Source: the human T2T-CHM13v2.0 reference genome, Homo sapiens. From it: a stretch of DNA of 64,000 bases. Every line of letters begins with the position of its first letter. Position 1 is the stretch's first letter. The position numbers and the translations under genes are program-made. Below the pieces are notes generated by a model that was given only the letters and a program-made list of their open reading frames with translations, was not told the DNA's origin and did no database searches. Shown piece by piece: positions 25,250 through 39,482 of the stretch. The DNA is taken from the NCBI RefSeq assembly GCF_009914755.1, contig NC_060934.1. The stretch is one strand, 5' to 3'.

Positions 25250-26199
25250 AAGCTATTTACTTTTTCTGCACCATAGTGTGTAGGATCCATGCCCTGATTA
25301 ATGCACAGGGTTACCTTAAGAATCAAAAGAGAGCATGGGTATGAAAATTGTTTATAGGCTTGAAATATCCTTACACGTGTTTATAGGTTTAGGGCTATCC
25401 CATCATAGTCCCTACACATAGGCCTGGGCCAGAGAACTAGAAGTTGTTTAACTTGGTTCTTAGATCCAACTCATGCCTCATTAAATACCAATCAAGGTAG
25501 TATGGAATAAAAAATTTCATGCTAAATTCAATATGAGTTGAAAGATAAATATTGACTGGATATCCAGACAAAGCCAAGTTCCCACCTCCCTTAGACACTG
25601 ATGCTGAAATCAGCCATCTCAGGTTTATAAAGATCCTCAGCAGCCTCTCCACAGAGCTGAGACCCCTGTAAGCAGCTGTAGAGGTGGGCTCTGGATTTTA
25701 GAAATGAGACTAGGATTTGTTTACGGGTACAGACATCTGAGTGGTCCTTCAGTCTCTGGCCCCACTCATTCTGCAAGGCAGCAGCAGCATCCCCAGCATG
25801 ACTTAGAGTTTTCCTTTCTGTGAGAACATTCCTGGAGTCCTTCCATCCCTGTGACTCTTTGGTCCCTCAAGTTGGATGGGGACATCTTCTCTTAGGGGAT
25901 GATTTTCATAACATTGTCACTTGCTGGTGGGCCCAGTAACACCTTTGTAGTCAGTGCTGATCATTATGTACTCATTTGAGATTTGCTGCGGCAACATTGT
26001 TTGTAATGTATTTGGGTGAGGAAGGGTGTTAAAGAGGCTGTCACAAAGTCTCCCTCTGGTAAAACGCAGGCAGTTTGAACATGCAAACTTCCCCTCATGG
26101 CAGCTTTCCCCTTTCCATTCAGTGCTTCTTCAGAGGCCCACTTTTTCCAGACACGGCGCTGTGATGACTGGTAGGAGCCACGAGGATGGCTGCGTGGGG

Positions 26200-26560
26200 A
26201 GCCTTGGTCCTGTCACTTCCTCTCTGCATCTGTGGACAAGTTGTTCCCCTCTAGGTGACTCAGATTCAACATCTTGCAAATGTCATTCTCAGAGACCTGA
26301 GATGATGATTCACTGAGATAAAGGACGTGAAAGTGCTTGCAGGATGTTAATTGGCTATAATCATTGTTAGCATTGCTGCTGGCACTCATGGACTTCCTGC
26401 AGCAGGCCTTGTTCTAAGCACTCTACATATGCTAAGGTACACAGTCCTCGTGACAACTCTTCTACATGGGCCATCATTTGTCCCCATGACATGGATGAGG
26501 AACCAGCTCTAATGAACCAGCACGGTTGCCCTTGGCCAACAGATATGGGATGTGCTGTGG
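26200..26560. mobile_element. Two MIR fragments, tail-to-tail (+ then -)
   Basis: + copy ends 'tgagataaaggacgtgaaagtgctt...attgttagcatt'; - copy has 'gttctaagcactctacata...ggatgaggaacca'. Confidence 0.55.
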
Positions 26561-27469
26561 GCCTCCTAGGTGGGAATACCCCATAAGGCTCAAAGAGCAG
26601 GTCGTATTTGAGAGGAGTATTGAAAGGTGAAAGGAATGTCATGTACTTAAAACCAATGGAAGCTGCCTCATATTCCAAGGGATGATATGGACATGTAGGG
26701 AGTGCCTGAGTTGGAGCACGAGATGAGCATATGTTGAGGCAGGGAAGAAGAATGTTGCTGAGGCCAGAAAGGCATTTTGTGCCGTTATGCAGGCACTTTT
26801 CTGCTTTGTTGCCAATATCACCCAGTGTTACAGAAAGGACCAAAAGCAGCATTCTCATACTGTCTAATTTTGCTCAGAAAGAGTGGCAGAAAATTTGTAT
26901 CGCATCCAAACTGGTCTGTTTTTGGCAGCTGCGGGTCCCACATCCAGGAGGAGAGTTAGCAATTCTCTCATCAAGAAAATCTCCCCAGGGACCTGGAAGC
27001 AGCTTTGCCCAGTTCTCTGGCAGGGATACCAGAAGCCATTGCTGCCAGAAAGGTCGTGGTCTCTCTAAGGCATGGCTCTCCATGGCCGAGACCCATGATG
27101 ATGAGGTACTCCTGCTCTGGAAGGGTCTTCCTCACACCTGCAGCTCATGAGAACCCTCCAAAACTGCTTCTAAAGGATGTTGGTGACATCAGGTGGTTAG
27201 GCCCATGACCTGACTCCCTGAGAAGGTGGTGAAAAGGGCGGTTGTCTAAACCACTTTCCTATTTAGATCCAAACTATGTGGACTGTCCTTCAATGAAAAA
27301 GAGGCTATCCATACTCCAAGCTCTTGCCAGAGAGCTCAGCCTGGAGCCAACTGCTGGCAGGAAGCCCAGCTGAGACAGTGGAGAACAATGGCTGCGCTTC
27401 TGCACCACTGCACACTGAAAGGCTGTTTCCACACACGGCATCTCAGGGCCATCTCTCCAGCCACCCCTC

Positions 27470-27700
27470 TAAGTGGTTCTTAGTTTTCAGTTCATAGATG
27501 CCTAGCGGGTTAATAGATTAATAAATGAGATTTAGGGATCCATGAACCCCTCTATAGCTGTATGCAAAATGTTGAGAGCAGGTATGTTTTTCTTAGGAGA
27601 GAGGCTTTAGTTATTGGTTTTTATTTATTTATTTATTCATTTTTAAATCAGATTCTCTAAAGAGGTCTCTGACTCTAAAATGGGTTAAGAACCTCCACTC
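27470..27700. mobile_element. hAT-Charlie element, MER103-like
   Basis: 'gatccatgaacccc...gtatgcaaaatg...atcagattctctaaagaggtctctgactctaaaatgggttaagaacc'; ctctaag on both flanks. Confidence 0.7.
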
Positions 27701-30700
27701 TAAGGATGGATGAGTTTGGTCCTTATATTATGAAAGTGACCAAAGAAGCCACCCGTCCTGACCTTATTTATTTAGGTCCTGCTCTGAGATGTTTGTTAAT
27801 ATTATGGTCCAGCTGTTACCCAAAGTCAGATGAAGAAATTTCTGGATCTTCTAGTTAACTCCTATTGAAGACATGATCCATTAGATCCATTAGAGTATTT
27901 GGCACCAACCTGGGACCCAAGTGATACATTCTTTTTATAAATTGGCACTAGGAAAAACTTTGTACCTTTTGATGATGGGATGTATGTCTTTCTTTTTATC
28001 AACTGTTGAGAACTGTACGACTCAAGATGTTTGCCTCCTTTCTCTGGCTGCTGGGCTGCTGTGAAGTTCTGAGTTATATTTGATGTTCACTTAGTCAATG
28101 GTTACATTTGATGTGCATTTATTCAGGATTTTTGCTGATCTCCTGTGTTCTAACATCAGATAAGCACAGGGGAGAGAGGATTGAACAAAATAGAGGTGGT
28201 CCCTGCTGTAACACATGATGTTTAGCCCCCGGTTTTTGTGCATGTAGTTTTCTATTCCACTGCAGATTGTGAATAGTGGTGATCACCAACACCCAGTGTC
28301 CACTGTGTCCAGGCATGATCTAACTGTTTACATATATGAATTAATCTAGTGTCCCTGAGACACAATGACCTTAAGAGGTAAGTACTATTATGACCATAGT
28401 CTAAATATGAAGAAACCGAGGAAGAAAAAAGTTAAGCTTCTAAAGTTCACAGTGCTAGCAAGTGGCAAAGTCAACATTCAAAGCCCTTGGCCCCAGGCTC
28501 TGCACTTAGATGTGGAACTCACACTTCCATCCTCACCTTGCCAGCTGCTTTGTTGGGGCAATATTGTGTGTTTGTATGATGTAATTCACTCTATGGAGCA
28601 TTTTACCCCCACTGCTGACTATAGTCCCTGATTTGCCTTTGTTTGGTAAATATTGCTCTTCCCATTGCTGAGATAGCAATGTCGACGTTCAGAAAGGTGA
28701 AGCAATTCTGTGCCTTTAAGGCCAACCTAGCCCCCAAAAATCAAGCGATCTGAGCCCAAGCCCAGAAGGCCTTCTTCCCACTAGTCTCACTCCTTTTCTC
28801 CTAATGCACATTTATGTGTCATTATAAGTGGCCCCAGTCCTGTGCAGGGATGCAAAAAGAAACAATACTTGGTGAATTTCATTTGAATACTAAGTGGAGA
28901 AGTGTCCAGTGGCCTTTGTTGGTTTTGTGACTTTGAAGATCCTCCAGTGCTGGTTAAATGTAAGATTACACCTGGTTAACACCAAGAGGAACCTGGAAGA
29001 TCATTGATCTAGAAACTTCTGAAAGTTTTTTGGGAGGATAAAGTCTCCTCAGAGAATCTTATGCAAGTTATGGACACTCTTTTTCCAACCCAGTTCCCTG
29101 ATCCTCATTCTTGTTTTGACAATTTTAATGATACTGTGACATTTCAGGATAAATTGTCATTGTTTTCAGAAAGAGCTTTCAGAAAGGCTCATTGCTTGTT
29201 TTCTGCGACTCTAAGCACCTTTCTCCTTGTCACTGAGTGGTGGAATATTTTCTTTTTTTTTCTGCAAAGGGGAAAAAGGGAAGTGTAATTTTCAACTCTC
29301 AGCGTAACTTGTCTTTGATTAATGTATATTGTAATCATCACAGAATACACAGCTGTCTATTAACGATGGAACCAAATGAGTTGAATAGATTATCAAAGAG
29401 CAGCAGCCCCAATTCCACTCTAAGGTACATGCTTGTCTTTAGAACATTAATCTCATTACAGGTTTAAGTCTGATTCCAATTTCCCTGACAGTCGGCAAGA
29501 AGGAGAGGAAGATTGATCAAATATGCCAGGAGCAGAGAGAGCGCAGATCTCAATGGGGCTGAGGAAAGAGAGCAGCATGGTTTCTTTTTTAAATGATTAT
29601 TCCAAAGGGATGAGAAAGGCGGAGAAGAGATTCAAGGAGCATTGAGGATGGGTGGCAGGGTCCTGGGGTGAGCAGGCAGGTGACAGGAACAGGCAGAAGG
29701 GGCTGCCAGGGAAGTGGGTATCTCTGGGGCATTGCTGGTGAGGAAGAACCAAGCTGGTAGGAGGCAGGAGAGGGATGAGGGATTGTGGCAAAGTCACCAG
29801 AGCCAGACCTTCAGCCACACATCCCTCAGAGGCCCTTGCACATAGCACAGAGTGGAGTTCTGGACTTGAATTACTGACAACTCAATCCCACACCTGGAAG
29901 AAGGCCCAGGCTCTGCCACAAAGCTGGCCTGGAACTCCAGGGACAGAGGCCATAAAGCAGGTCTTATTCTAATTTGCTTGAGAGTGACCCTGAGGGCCTT
30001 GACCTCAACAGTCTCATTGATCATGCTTATACCCAAGCCACACAAGCCCAAGGAACTCCAGCACTCCCAAATACAATCCACAGCTCTTTTTCTATATCAT
30101 GCCAGATCAAATTCTTAACACAGTCAAACTCTTTAGTGTCCCAAACAAGCTCCATACCATGTGCACAGCCACCCACATTTATACCCAACCTGAGTGCAAA
30201 TTTTGAAAAAGAAAGTTGTGCAGTTCATTCTCTATCTTCAGCTACTCCTGAACCAGCCTGGGCATTCATCTTCATTCTTCTCCCCCAAATACTTCACTTT
30301 CTAGCTAAACCTACTCACTGTTCCTCAAAATCACAGATGTTTTTTGTATTTCCATTCTTTTGCGTATGCTGGTCCCTCTACAAGAGCACTCTTTTTCTCC
30401 TCATCCATCAGAAAACCTTCCTCTTAAAGTTCAATGCCCATCCAGCAGTCATTGAAGCAGGGTAATGGCCTTAATTTAGCCCCCTTGTAACAGTGATCTT
30501 CCTCGTACAGTCAGATTTCAGTGCACACTCTCTCTTGGCCACTTGTACACCCACATTAATGCCGCTACCATGTAGGGTGAGAGTCAAAGGTCCACCTGTC
30601 TACCTCACCTCCTTGTCTGTGAGTACTCAAGGATGAAGAGTCTGGCTTGTGAAACTTTGGTATCCTAAAGTCTATCATGGGGCAATAGTAAGTTATTAGA

Positions 30701-31035
30701 ATAAATGAAGGGCCACACTCAGCTTTAAAAATCTTTCCAGGTCCCCCCTCACCTGCCCCACCTGCCAGACTCAGTGCCAGATTTGTTCACTTGCCGGCTC
30801 TTGATGAGATGAGAGGGGTGTGTTTCTATCCCAAGGGACAGAAAGGACAAGAAAATAAAACTTAGAAGGATTGAGCAAGGTGTCCAAATCCCAGAGTTCA
30901 TAGGTGGCAGAACATTGAGCTTGGTCTTCTTGAGTCCAAACTCTGTCCACAGTCCAATATCACCTCTGAGACAGTTAAAGTTCATAGGCTAAATGTGTGT
31001 GGTTCAAGTTTTGTTTTAGACAACACTCCAGGAGC

Positions 31036-31183
31036 TAGGCCAGGACTAGTGTGAGGTGAGAGAGACACAACATATAAGGAAGTGCTCATTCTCAGGTGCC
31101 AACCCTGCATTTGCAGCAGGGTGACTGCCTCCTAAAGTTCATGCCCTAGGCTCATCATTTATCTCACCCTAGCCTCTGCCCTG
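31036..31183. mobile_element. MER96-like palindromic hAT MITE
   Basis: Inverted arms 'ggccaggactagtgtgagg' and 'tctcaccctagcctctgccctg', with a central 'ctcaggtgccaaccctgcatttgca'. Confidence 0.7.
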
Positions 31184-31380
31184 CCAGGGACACATATCAG
31201 CTGTGTAGAGAGGAAGAGCCTTTTGTTTTGCCAAATATTTGGGTTTCTGGGTTGGCTATTGTTTTACAGGTTCATGGATGATCCTTCCTGAGCACCAACT
31301 CTGTGCCAGATACTGGGGACAGAAAGGAGAAGAAATCAAGGTGAAATAGATACAGAGCCTTGCTGTTGTGCCAGAGGTCA

Positions 31381-31439
31381 ACACACACACATACACACTC
31401 ACGTACACACACACATACATACACACACACACACACACA
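31381..31439. repeat. (CA)n microsatellite
   Basis: Imperfect CA run. Confidence 0.9.
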
Positions 31440-33450
31440 GAGCTGCCCCTCCTGCAGCTATTCAAAGGTAGGCTTCACAACCCTGAATGATAAGTGGTCA
31501 GACTTCCAGGATATGTTGTTAGCCAAGAAGAAGGGTGTTTCAGGCACAAGAGATAGCCAGGAGAAAGACACAGAGGCAGGAATGCAAGAGCATGTTCTAG
31601 GAGCCCCGTTTGTAAGGCAGGGAGGTGGACCAGCTCCTGGAATGTCTCCAAGCTGAGGCATTGGCATCACCCTTTGGGAGATAGCAAAGTCAGGACCTGC
31701 AGAGTCACAGCGCTGGGTTTTCCACAGTGAGGGTCTCTGCCCAAGGACAGACAGTGCCAGCAACGAGTGTCTAAAGCAACCGCCATCTTTAAGAACCATC
31801 ACCCTAACCTCAGCCAGCCCCAGTCCCTCAGAGTTGGGAAGGTCTCACAGGGGCCCCTGTGCTCACCCTCCCTGGTTTATTGGACGTGTTCAGCCAGTCC
31901 CAGTGCCTGCCAGGCATCCCGTTCTGCTGAAAGTTCACAGAACATGTCAGGCAGCAGCAGGGGATCCTGGCCCAGCACCCCTGCTCACAGGGCAAGAACG
32001 GGCTCTGCAAGGCTACGGCTGGGAAAATCATCATGTACGGTGGGGGCAGGATTGGCTGTGATTTCCCCCTTCAAGTTCCCCTGCTCCATCCTCTGCTGTG
32101 ACCCATAAATTCACCGAGATGAAGTCATTCCCCAGTCCAGGCTGTAAAAAGTCAGCTGCGTAGCTAGGGAGTTTGCAGCCGAGTTAGATTATAAAATAAA
32201 ACCAGGGGTTCTGGAAGAGGAGGGTCAAACCCTCTGAGCACTGGGGGAGGGGAGAACATTGTTCTGTTCTTTTAACAAGAACCAGCAGGTTTTCAACTTT
32301 GTAAGATTCCTCACCCCACTCTCCCATTTCTCTCCCAACCCCTTTTAGTAGGAGAGTCATTCCTGCAACCACCATGGTGCTTCCTTAGTGTTAAAAAATA
32401 AAACTAAAATCAAAAATTGTAAAACTGGCCTGAAAGTTCTCTCCTCCCTGCTGAGTTTGAAACATACCTCATTATTCTGAAGTCTTCTGAAATTTGAGCA
32501 GAAGCTGAGAGCTAAGAGAAGGCCCAGATCCTGCAGCCTTCCCCTCTGAGACTGGAGCAAACTATGATGTGGGGAGACTGGCTCCCAATGAGTGATGGAA
32601 AGACTCAGTCTTCTCATCTCTAAAAAGGGCACATAGGAGTTGTTGGGATATCACATTGCCTAAGATCTCCTCCAGCTTAGTCTTCAACCCTTTCATTAAC
32701 TCCCAAAACTATTTATCGAGCACTTACTGTGTTCCAGACATTGGGATAGACCCTAGGGATATAGCAACGGGCAAAGCAGATGAAGTCTTGCTTTCGCCCT
32801 CTTCATCTGGCAAGGTTTGAGTATCTGGTACACTCAAAAATGAAGCTGCTCGTGTTCTTGTCACCTTGACAGTGAGAATGTCCATCAAAGTGAGGCTGGT
32901 GATGTCTCACACATGCAAGGGCCTCACAGCTCAATGAATGCTTCTCCAGTCTCATTCTACAGGGCCTCCTACATCAGCATAGAAGACTCATTTTCTCAGA
33001 AAGGACCATGCAAGATGCAGATCATTATGTTGGCATTCATTGGCTGGATGTGGGCTTTGCACCCTCTTCCCATTCCATCACCCCAAACCTAGTACTCTCT
33101 CCCAGTAGGAGGAGACGGGAAGAAGTTTTAAAATGTGTGCCGAATACTTTCTATGTGCCAGGCACAGTGCTAGGCACTTGTACATACATTTTATCTTTAC
33201 AGTGACTCCCCAGAAGTGTGCAACAGTCTTGTTTCGCAGGTGAGGAAACTATCATATTCCAAAGACAAGGTTCTTAGTTGCATCTGAGTTCTGCAAATTT
33301 AATAGCATGGGGAATATAGACCTAGGAGGACTTTGACCTCACAGCCAGCAGCTTATGTCTCAATCCTTTTGTCTTTCCCAGGTAGAAAAGATCTTTTTTC
33401 TTTTGAGTTTTCCTGGAGTTCTTAGAATAACGACTTCTAAGGATTAACTT

Positions 33451-33612
33451 CAGTTATACGCTAGCAAATGTTTAACATTGCTCTTAAGAAAAAAACAAAC
33501 CTTGATTTGAAGCATTTGCTGATTTCCATGGCATTGTACCCCAACTGTAGCTAATTTCTAGCTATCAATGTGAAAATGGAGTTATACAGTATTTCCACCG
33601 TACAGATACAAA
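33451..33612 (-). mobile_element. Second MER63-like fragment
   Basis: 'gatttgaagcatttgctgatttccatgg' and 'gtatttccaccgtacagatacaa'. Confidence 0.6.
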
Positions 33613-33839
33613 CATGAAGAAATGTGTTGATGTCTTTGTGTCTCATCTAGAGAACCTGCAGTACTTTATGTGTGATGGGATTGCAATAAATTCTTTTCAC
33701 AGACCACAGTTCTCACTGGGCATCACTATGTGTCTTAGAAATAGTATGAGTTTGGAATCACCTTGGGAAAACAGTATATTGGACCTGGAAGAAGCCTACA
33801 ATATTTACTTAATGCTGTGTGACAAATTTCTTCAAATAT

Positions 33840-34358
33840 GTATTATCTCACAGTTTCTGTGACTCAGGAATCCAGGCCTGGCTTAGTGGGGTCCTCTGGC
33901 TCAGGGTCTCCCACAGCCTGCACTTGATGTGGAGCCTGGGGCTGTAGTCTCATCTGAAGACTCAACCAAAGAGGATCGTCTCCTTAGTGCACTCAAGTGT
34001 TTGTTGGAGGGGCCATTTCCACGTGGGCTATTGGACTGAAGGGCTCAGTCTCTAACTGGCTGTTGCCTGGAGGTTTTTCTTAGTTTCTCACTGCATGGAT
34101 CTCTCCACAGGAAGGCCTACAACATGGAAGCTGGCTTCCTTCAGAGCAAACAAATGATAGAGCAAGAGAATATACACAAGATAAAATGCAGAGAATTTTT
34201 ATAGCCTAGTTTTGGATGTGACATCTCTTTACATCTACTGTATTCCATTCATCTGAAGTAAGCCACTAGGTTCAGCCCACCCTCAAGAAGAAGCAGTATA
34301 CAAGGGTACAAATGGTAGGAGGCCAGGATCATTGGGAACTATTTTTAAAGCTACCTAA
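33840..34358 (-). mobile_element. MaLR LTR, MLT1F-like
   Basis: 'tattatctcacagtttctgtgactcaggaatcc...tctcatctgaagactcaac...ttcagcccaccctcaag...ggaggccaggatcattggg'. Confidence 0.85.
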
Positions 34359-34374
34359 AATAGAACCTAAGTGA

Positions 34375-34570
34375 CAACAATAATAACTACAAATACTTAC
34401 TGAGCACTTATTATGCTCCAGAAACTGTTGTAACTGCTTTCCGTATGAAGTCTTATTTCATTATTACAATTCAGGAGATTGGTTCTGTAAACCCCATTTT
34501 ACAGTGAAGAAAACTGAGACTTTGACAGTTTGTGTAACTACCTGCAAACTATTCATCTAGGAACTTGAGA
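34375..34570 (-). mobile_element. MIR SINE
   Basis: 'tactgagcacttattatg...cccattttacagtgaagaaaactgagac'. Confidence 0.85.
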
Positions 34571-35719
34571 GAGCTGTGAGGCTGGCAGCTGGCCTCCTCT
34601 GGAGCCCACACTCTCATGACCTGGGCTACCTCTTCTGAGAGGTCACTTAGTGACTTTGGTATTCTTCCCTTTTTGCACATTACAAGTCAGAGCCAGAAAG
34701 CTTAAGTAACTGTCTTAGGTCACACAGCAAGCTACGAGCAGAGGCAGAACTCAGATCTTAATGTCTCCTGAGTGCCTTGGTTTTTGAAGAAAGGCTAAAG
34801 AAGTAGGCAATAAATCCAGAAAGTAGTATTAAACTTTCTCTCTCCTTGGCCTTTCAGCTCTCTAGAAGTGTACAGGAGACTGACACTTGGCCCAACTCTG
34901 AGTGTTATCTGAAAGTCAAGCTTCCCTCCACCCCAAGTTCTGACATGAAGATGATGGCCCTCAGTGGTACCTATGATTAATCCATGTCATTTTTCTGAAA
35001 TACTTAAGCTTGGTTTCACAGGGGGAAAAAAAACCCAGGCCCGTCTCAGACATCAGAGTAATGGGCTGGTTTTAAGTTCTCCTGGGGGCTTAATAAAAGG
35101 TGGTAGTTTGGGTAACGTTTCTGTGATAGGCCCTTCTGTTAATACTTATCTAGCTAATGCATCTTCCAAATGGCCTGGTGCAGCTTTCAGGACATTAAGG
35201 AGATTTCATAATGTTGTTCTACGTATGGTATTTTTGCACTGGATTTTTTTCTTCCTTTCCAGTTGTATAAATTATTTTATGAAAAAGGTGGCAATGCTAA
35301 GGGAATAGGGGTGGGAGGAAATGTTAAGATTTTACAGGACCCAGCCTGAAGCATTTTTGGAGCCCAGAGGGAGCCAGGCTCCACATTCTTGAACACAGGA
35401 GGAACAGGAGGAATGGAAGCTTAGTGGAGCGGCGGGGCCTGTGGCTGACAAACACCAGCTGCACTGAGTACATATCACATCATGGCCTGGCAGACGTCTT
35501 CTCCTTCAAAATGACACAGGCTATTAGCAGACTCACCACAAAAGGATATGCCAGGAGTGGATGCATGGAATTCCTGCTGATATACTGGAATCCCAAGACT
35601 AAAGCAGGCTTCCCTGCCCTTATCAGACCAGCCAAGATAACTGGAGCAAGGGTGGAATCTGCACACAAGAAAGAAATTCCACCTTACAAATACCAGGCCC
35701 CAGATCCAGGCCCCGTGTT

Positions 35720-36040
35720 TGATGAATTTATTGATTCCACATAGCTGAAGGCCTGTTCTGTGCCAAGTATACTGCTTGGAGTTGTAGACACAGGATGATA
35801 AAATATAGTCCGTGCTGTAAGGGTACTCCTGGACCAATGGGAAATGCAAATGACATCTAAACCAACCACAAACATGCAGTGTGATGAGTGCATAGATAGA
35901 TTGAAGCCAGGAGTGGGACGGAGGCATGGAGGACAGGCACAGAGTCAATTCATGGGGTGGAGACGACTTTTGAAGGATCACGCTTGAGCTGCGTCTCTCA
36001 GGAGAGGGAGGAGAGGCCAGACAAAGAAAGATAGTCACAC
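35720..36040 (-). mobile_element. L2 LINE fragment
   Basis: 'tgaatttattgattcc...ttctgtgccaagtatactgcttggagttgtagacacaggatgataaaata'. Confidence 0.7.
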
Positions 36041-36149
36041 GATGTCACAGAGCATAGTTCTTTTTGGACCTTCTCTGAGAGATGCTTTGGATCTTCTCTG
36101 AGAGATATATTGTGGACCAGAATTGTAGGACCACAGGGTCCTTTATTTC

Positions 36150-38330
36150 ACTAACTATTTCTGTGTGATTCTCATGAACAACTGCAACAAAATTCCTACA
36201 GCTGTGTGCAAGGGTACCTATTTTCTTCATATTCTCACCCAGAGTTAATGTTTTCCAGTTTTCTAATGTTTGCCAATCAGATGGGGTATAAAGTGGTTCC
36301 ACATCCTAATTTGCATGTCTGTGCTTTCTTGATAGTTTGCCTTAGCCACTTGGATTTCTCCTATGAATTGCTTATTTATATTCTTTGCATGCTTCTCTAT
36401 TTCTTTTTCTTCTTGTTGATTTTCAGGAATTACTTGAGCAACCTACTTATTAATCATTTGCTGGTTTTAGGCCTTGTCAAAGTCTTCTCCAAATTGTCAT
36501 GCACCTGTTAAGGTTTTGAATGGTGCACTTTGATGAACATAATTCTGCCTTTAAATTCTGATGTAAATCCACTTGTTTTTCCCCTATGGCTTGTGTTTTT
36601 GGAGTCTTATTTTAAAAAAATTCAGGACTCCAAAGTTAAAAAAAACCCTACATATTTTTTCTATTAGTTTTAGTCTTAATTTTGACAACTAGATCTTTAA
36701 ACCACTTGGCATTTATTTTTATAGAAGGAATGAGATAAGGACTCAACTTTATTTTTCTCTGCATAGGAAGTTACTAAGCTACTATTCCTAACATACTTTA
36801 CTAGCTAATTTATTCTTTCTCCAATGATTTGTGATGCTAGCTCTACCATATACCTGTTGGGAGCCAATTCTTCATGTGTATCTTGCATTTCTGCATACCT
36901 TATAAGCAGAGACTGTGACAGACTGTTTGCAACTATCTTTTCAAGGATGTTTGTATAGCAAACACCCTTGGAAATAGAGATACTGTCTCCATGCAGAACA
37001 AAGGGCAGGTTTGTTTACTACCAAGTATAATAAAATAACTTCTCCCTCTGGGGCAAAGTTCAGGCAAGCTTACCGCCCATTACAAAAGGTTTGGGTTTAA
37101 GCTTAGTGTTTCTCTCCTGACAATTAACCCACTATGTGTGGAGGCATCACCCAGACCTCTTCATGTCATCCTGTGGGAACTGGGATGCGAGGAACCAACA
37201 CAAATGCTGATGTTCTGACTATTGCCATTGCTATGAGTAATTAGCTGCCCGTTGTCTCTGAACCTAGGGTCTTGTGTCTTCTGCTAACAACGATGAAATT
37301 GTGGCAAGTTCAGACTCTTAACAGCTCATGACCATACCAAGTTCTCATATAATTGAGACTGTATACTTTTTTATTAGTATATTTCTCTCTCTCTTTCTTT
37401 TTTTACCCCAGTATCAACTATTTTAATTACCATTACTTTGTAGTAAGTCTTATCGTCTGATAGGGCAAGCTCCCAACTTTGTTCTCTGTCAATGTTGGCT
37501 TAATTATTTCTTAGCATTCATTCTCTTATAAAAAATTTTTTTGGAATCAGTTTGTTAAGCTCTGTAAAATCTTGTCTGAGTTTTTATTGGAATTATTTTG
37601 AGTGTGCAGATTAATATAGGAAAAATGGCATCTTTCTAATGCTCTCTATTCATGAATATGGATTTTATCTCACTTCCTTAGGTTTAAATTTTCTTCCATA
37701 AATGTTTTGTACATTCCTTAATAAGTCAATTGCTACTTTGGAGAGTCTGTTGCTATTGTAAATCGTATCTTATTTTTTATTGCCATTTCTTGTTGTTAAT
37801 GGAGGTATAGAAGAACATTATTACTTCTCACATATTCATCTTGTATGTTGCTGTTTTGATTTTTGTATGTAAATGATCATATCGTCTATTAATGATGGGG
37901 AAATTTCTCTTTCTTTTCACTCTACCATTATTTCTTTCTTTGTTAACAAGAACCTCTAGAATTACATGGCACAGTAGTTGTGACAACAGTTCTGCTTGTT
38001 ATTTTCATGACCTAAAAGGAAATTTCTCTTAAGTATGATGTTTTCTCTACATGTTTAGCATGTAACCTTTGTTGAATTAAGGATGCTATCATCTATTTAT
38101 TTCTGTAAAAACTTTTTTAAATATTAGAATTTCATATTAAACTTTATGCTATTTCCGCATTGACTGATATGATGGTTTTTCCCATTTCTATCATTAATAT
38201 GGTGAATCACATGAATAGATATCCTTTGCATTTCTGGGACAAATCCTACTTAGTCACGATGTATTTTTAAAAATATACTGTTATATTCCGTAGCCTAATC
38301 ATATATTTAGAGGGTTTACATTAATGTGGA
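36150..38330 (-). mobile_element. Old L1M, interrupted by an LTR47-like LTR
   Basis: A long T-rich antisense L1 ORF2-type stretch ('ttttaattaccattactttgtagtaagtctt', 'tttttattggaattattttgagtgtgcagattaat'). Confidence 0.75.
36855..37333 (+). mobile_element. ERVL solo LTR, LTR47-like
   Basis: 'tgttgggagccaattct...actatctttcaaggatgtttgtatagc...cctgtgggaactggg'; 5-bp TSD ATACC. Confidence 0.85.
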
Positions 38331-38349
38331 TCATTGTATAAATTTTTGT

Positions 38350-38810
38350 GTTTACTCTGAATGAAATGGAGAGTCATCTAACCCTTTCCAGGGGAGGGGT
38401 GATAAGATTAGATAAATGTTTTTAGAAGGACCACCCTGGCTGCAGTTGTGAAACTAGATTGCAGTGAACAAAGAAGGAAACAGGCAGAAAAGTTAATTTG
38501 CCAATTTGCTTTGTAAATCCAGATATGAAATGATGGTTTCTAGCAGGGTGGAGGCAATGAAGAAGATGAACAGGCTGGAGGCTGGGTATATTTTAAAGGT
38601 TGAGCCAACAGGGTGTTTGCTATGTTGAATGTTAGGAGAGAAAACAAGGAGTCAGGTTTTTGAGCAAGTGGAATAACAGAGTTGCCATTTGGTGAAATGA
38701 AGAATAATGCAGGTATGGCAGATTGTGGTAGAGACAGATGAGACAGAGGTTGGTGGCTGATATGAAGAGTTTGCTTTGGGACATGGTAAGGATATTGGAT
38801 ATCTAATGAA
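38350..38810 (-). mobile_element. L2 LINE fragment
   Basis: 'ttttagaaggaccaccctggctgcag', 'ttttaaaggttgagccaacagg', 'gagtttgctttgggacatg'. Confidence 0.8.
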
Positions 38811-39429
38811 CTTATTGCCAGGACCAGAGGACCTGTCTTCAGGTGAAGTTTCCAAAAGTACTGCCTGAAACTTCGCCCCAGAAATGTTCTGAGGAGGGAC
38901 CTTCCAGGCCACCAATGTCCCTGTCATCACCACATACTAATATAACAGAATTTCAGATTTCTCACTATCACAGTTGCTGTCAGCTCCATGCCACTTCTGC
39001 ATCCAACCACGACTGTGCATCACTACTGCTACTAAACCGACTAAGTGAGACCTCTTAATCTCCAACCTCACCAGCAAATCCAGATTCAGTGCTGAGTTCT
39101 TTCTTCCAGTTATTCAGCTCTGAATTAAACTCTCTGGCAGGTACATCTAATTTTACATGTACAGGTTACCCGACACTTTGTGATTGAGCATATATTTGTG
39201 CCATGCTGCAAAGGAGGCTGGGTAAGTAAATGTTCTGACTTCTGCTGCAGGAAGACAGAACTCATAAAGCAATGTACTTACAAGACATCACAGGGGTGTT
39301 TAAAGGGTTCGAGGCAGCCAGAAACCTTGATAAGTATCTATTAGAATTCCTAGCTCACCTTTACTTCCCAAATTGTACTGCTTTCATCTCTTACTTTTGG
39401 CTTCTTTTGCTCAAGTGATGGTTTGGTTT

Positions 39430-39431
<2 letters not shown>

Positions 39432-39480
<49 letters not shown>
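39432..39480. repeat. Perfect (TG)n microsatellite, ~24-25 units, within an L1M fragment (~39370-39830)
   Basis: Directly visible. Confidence 0.95.
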
Positions 39481-39482
<2 letters not shown>

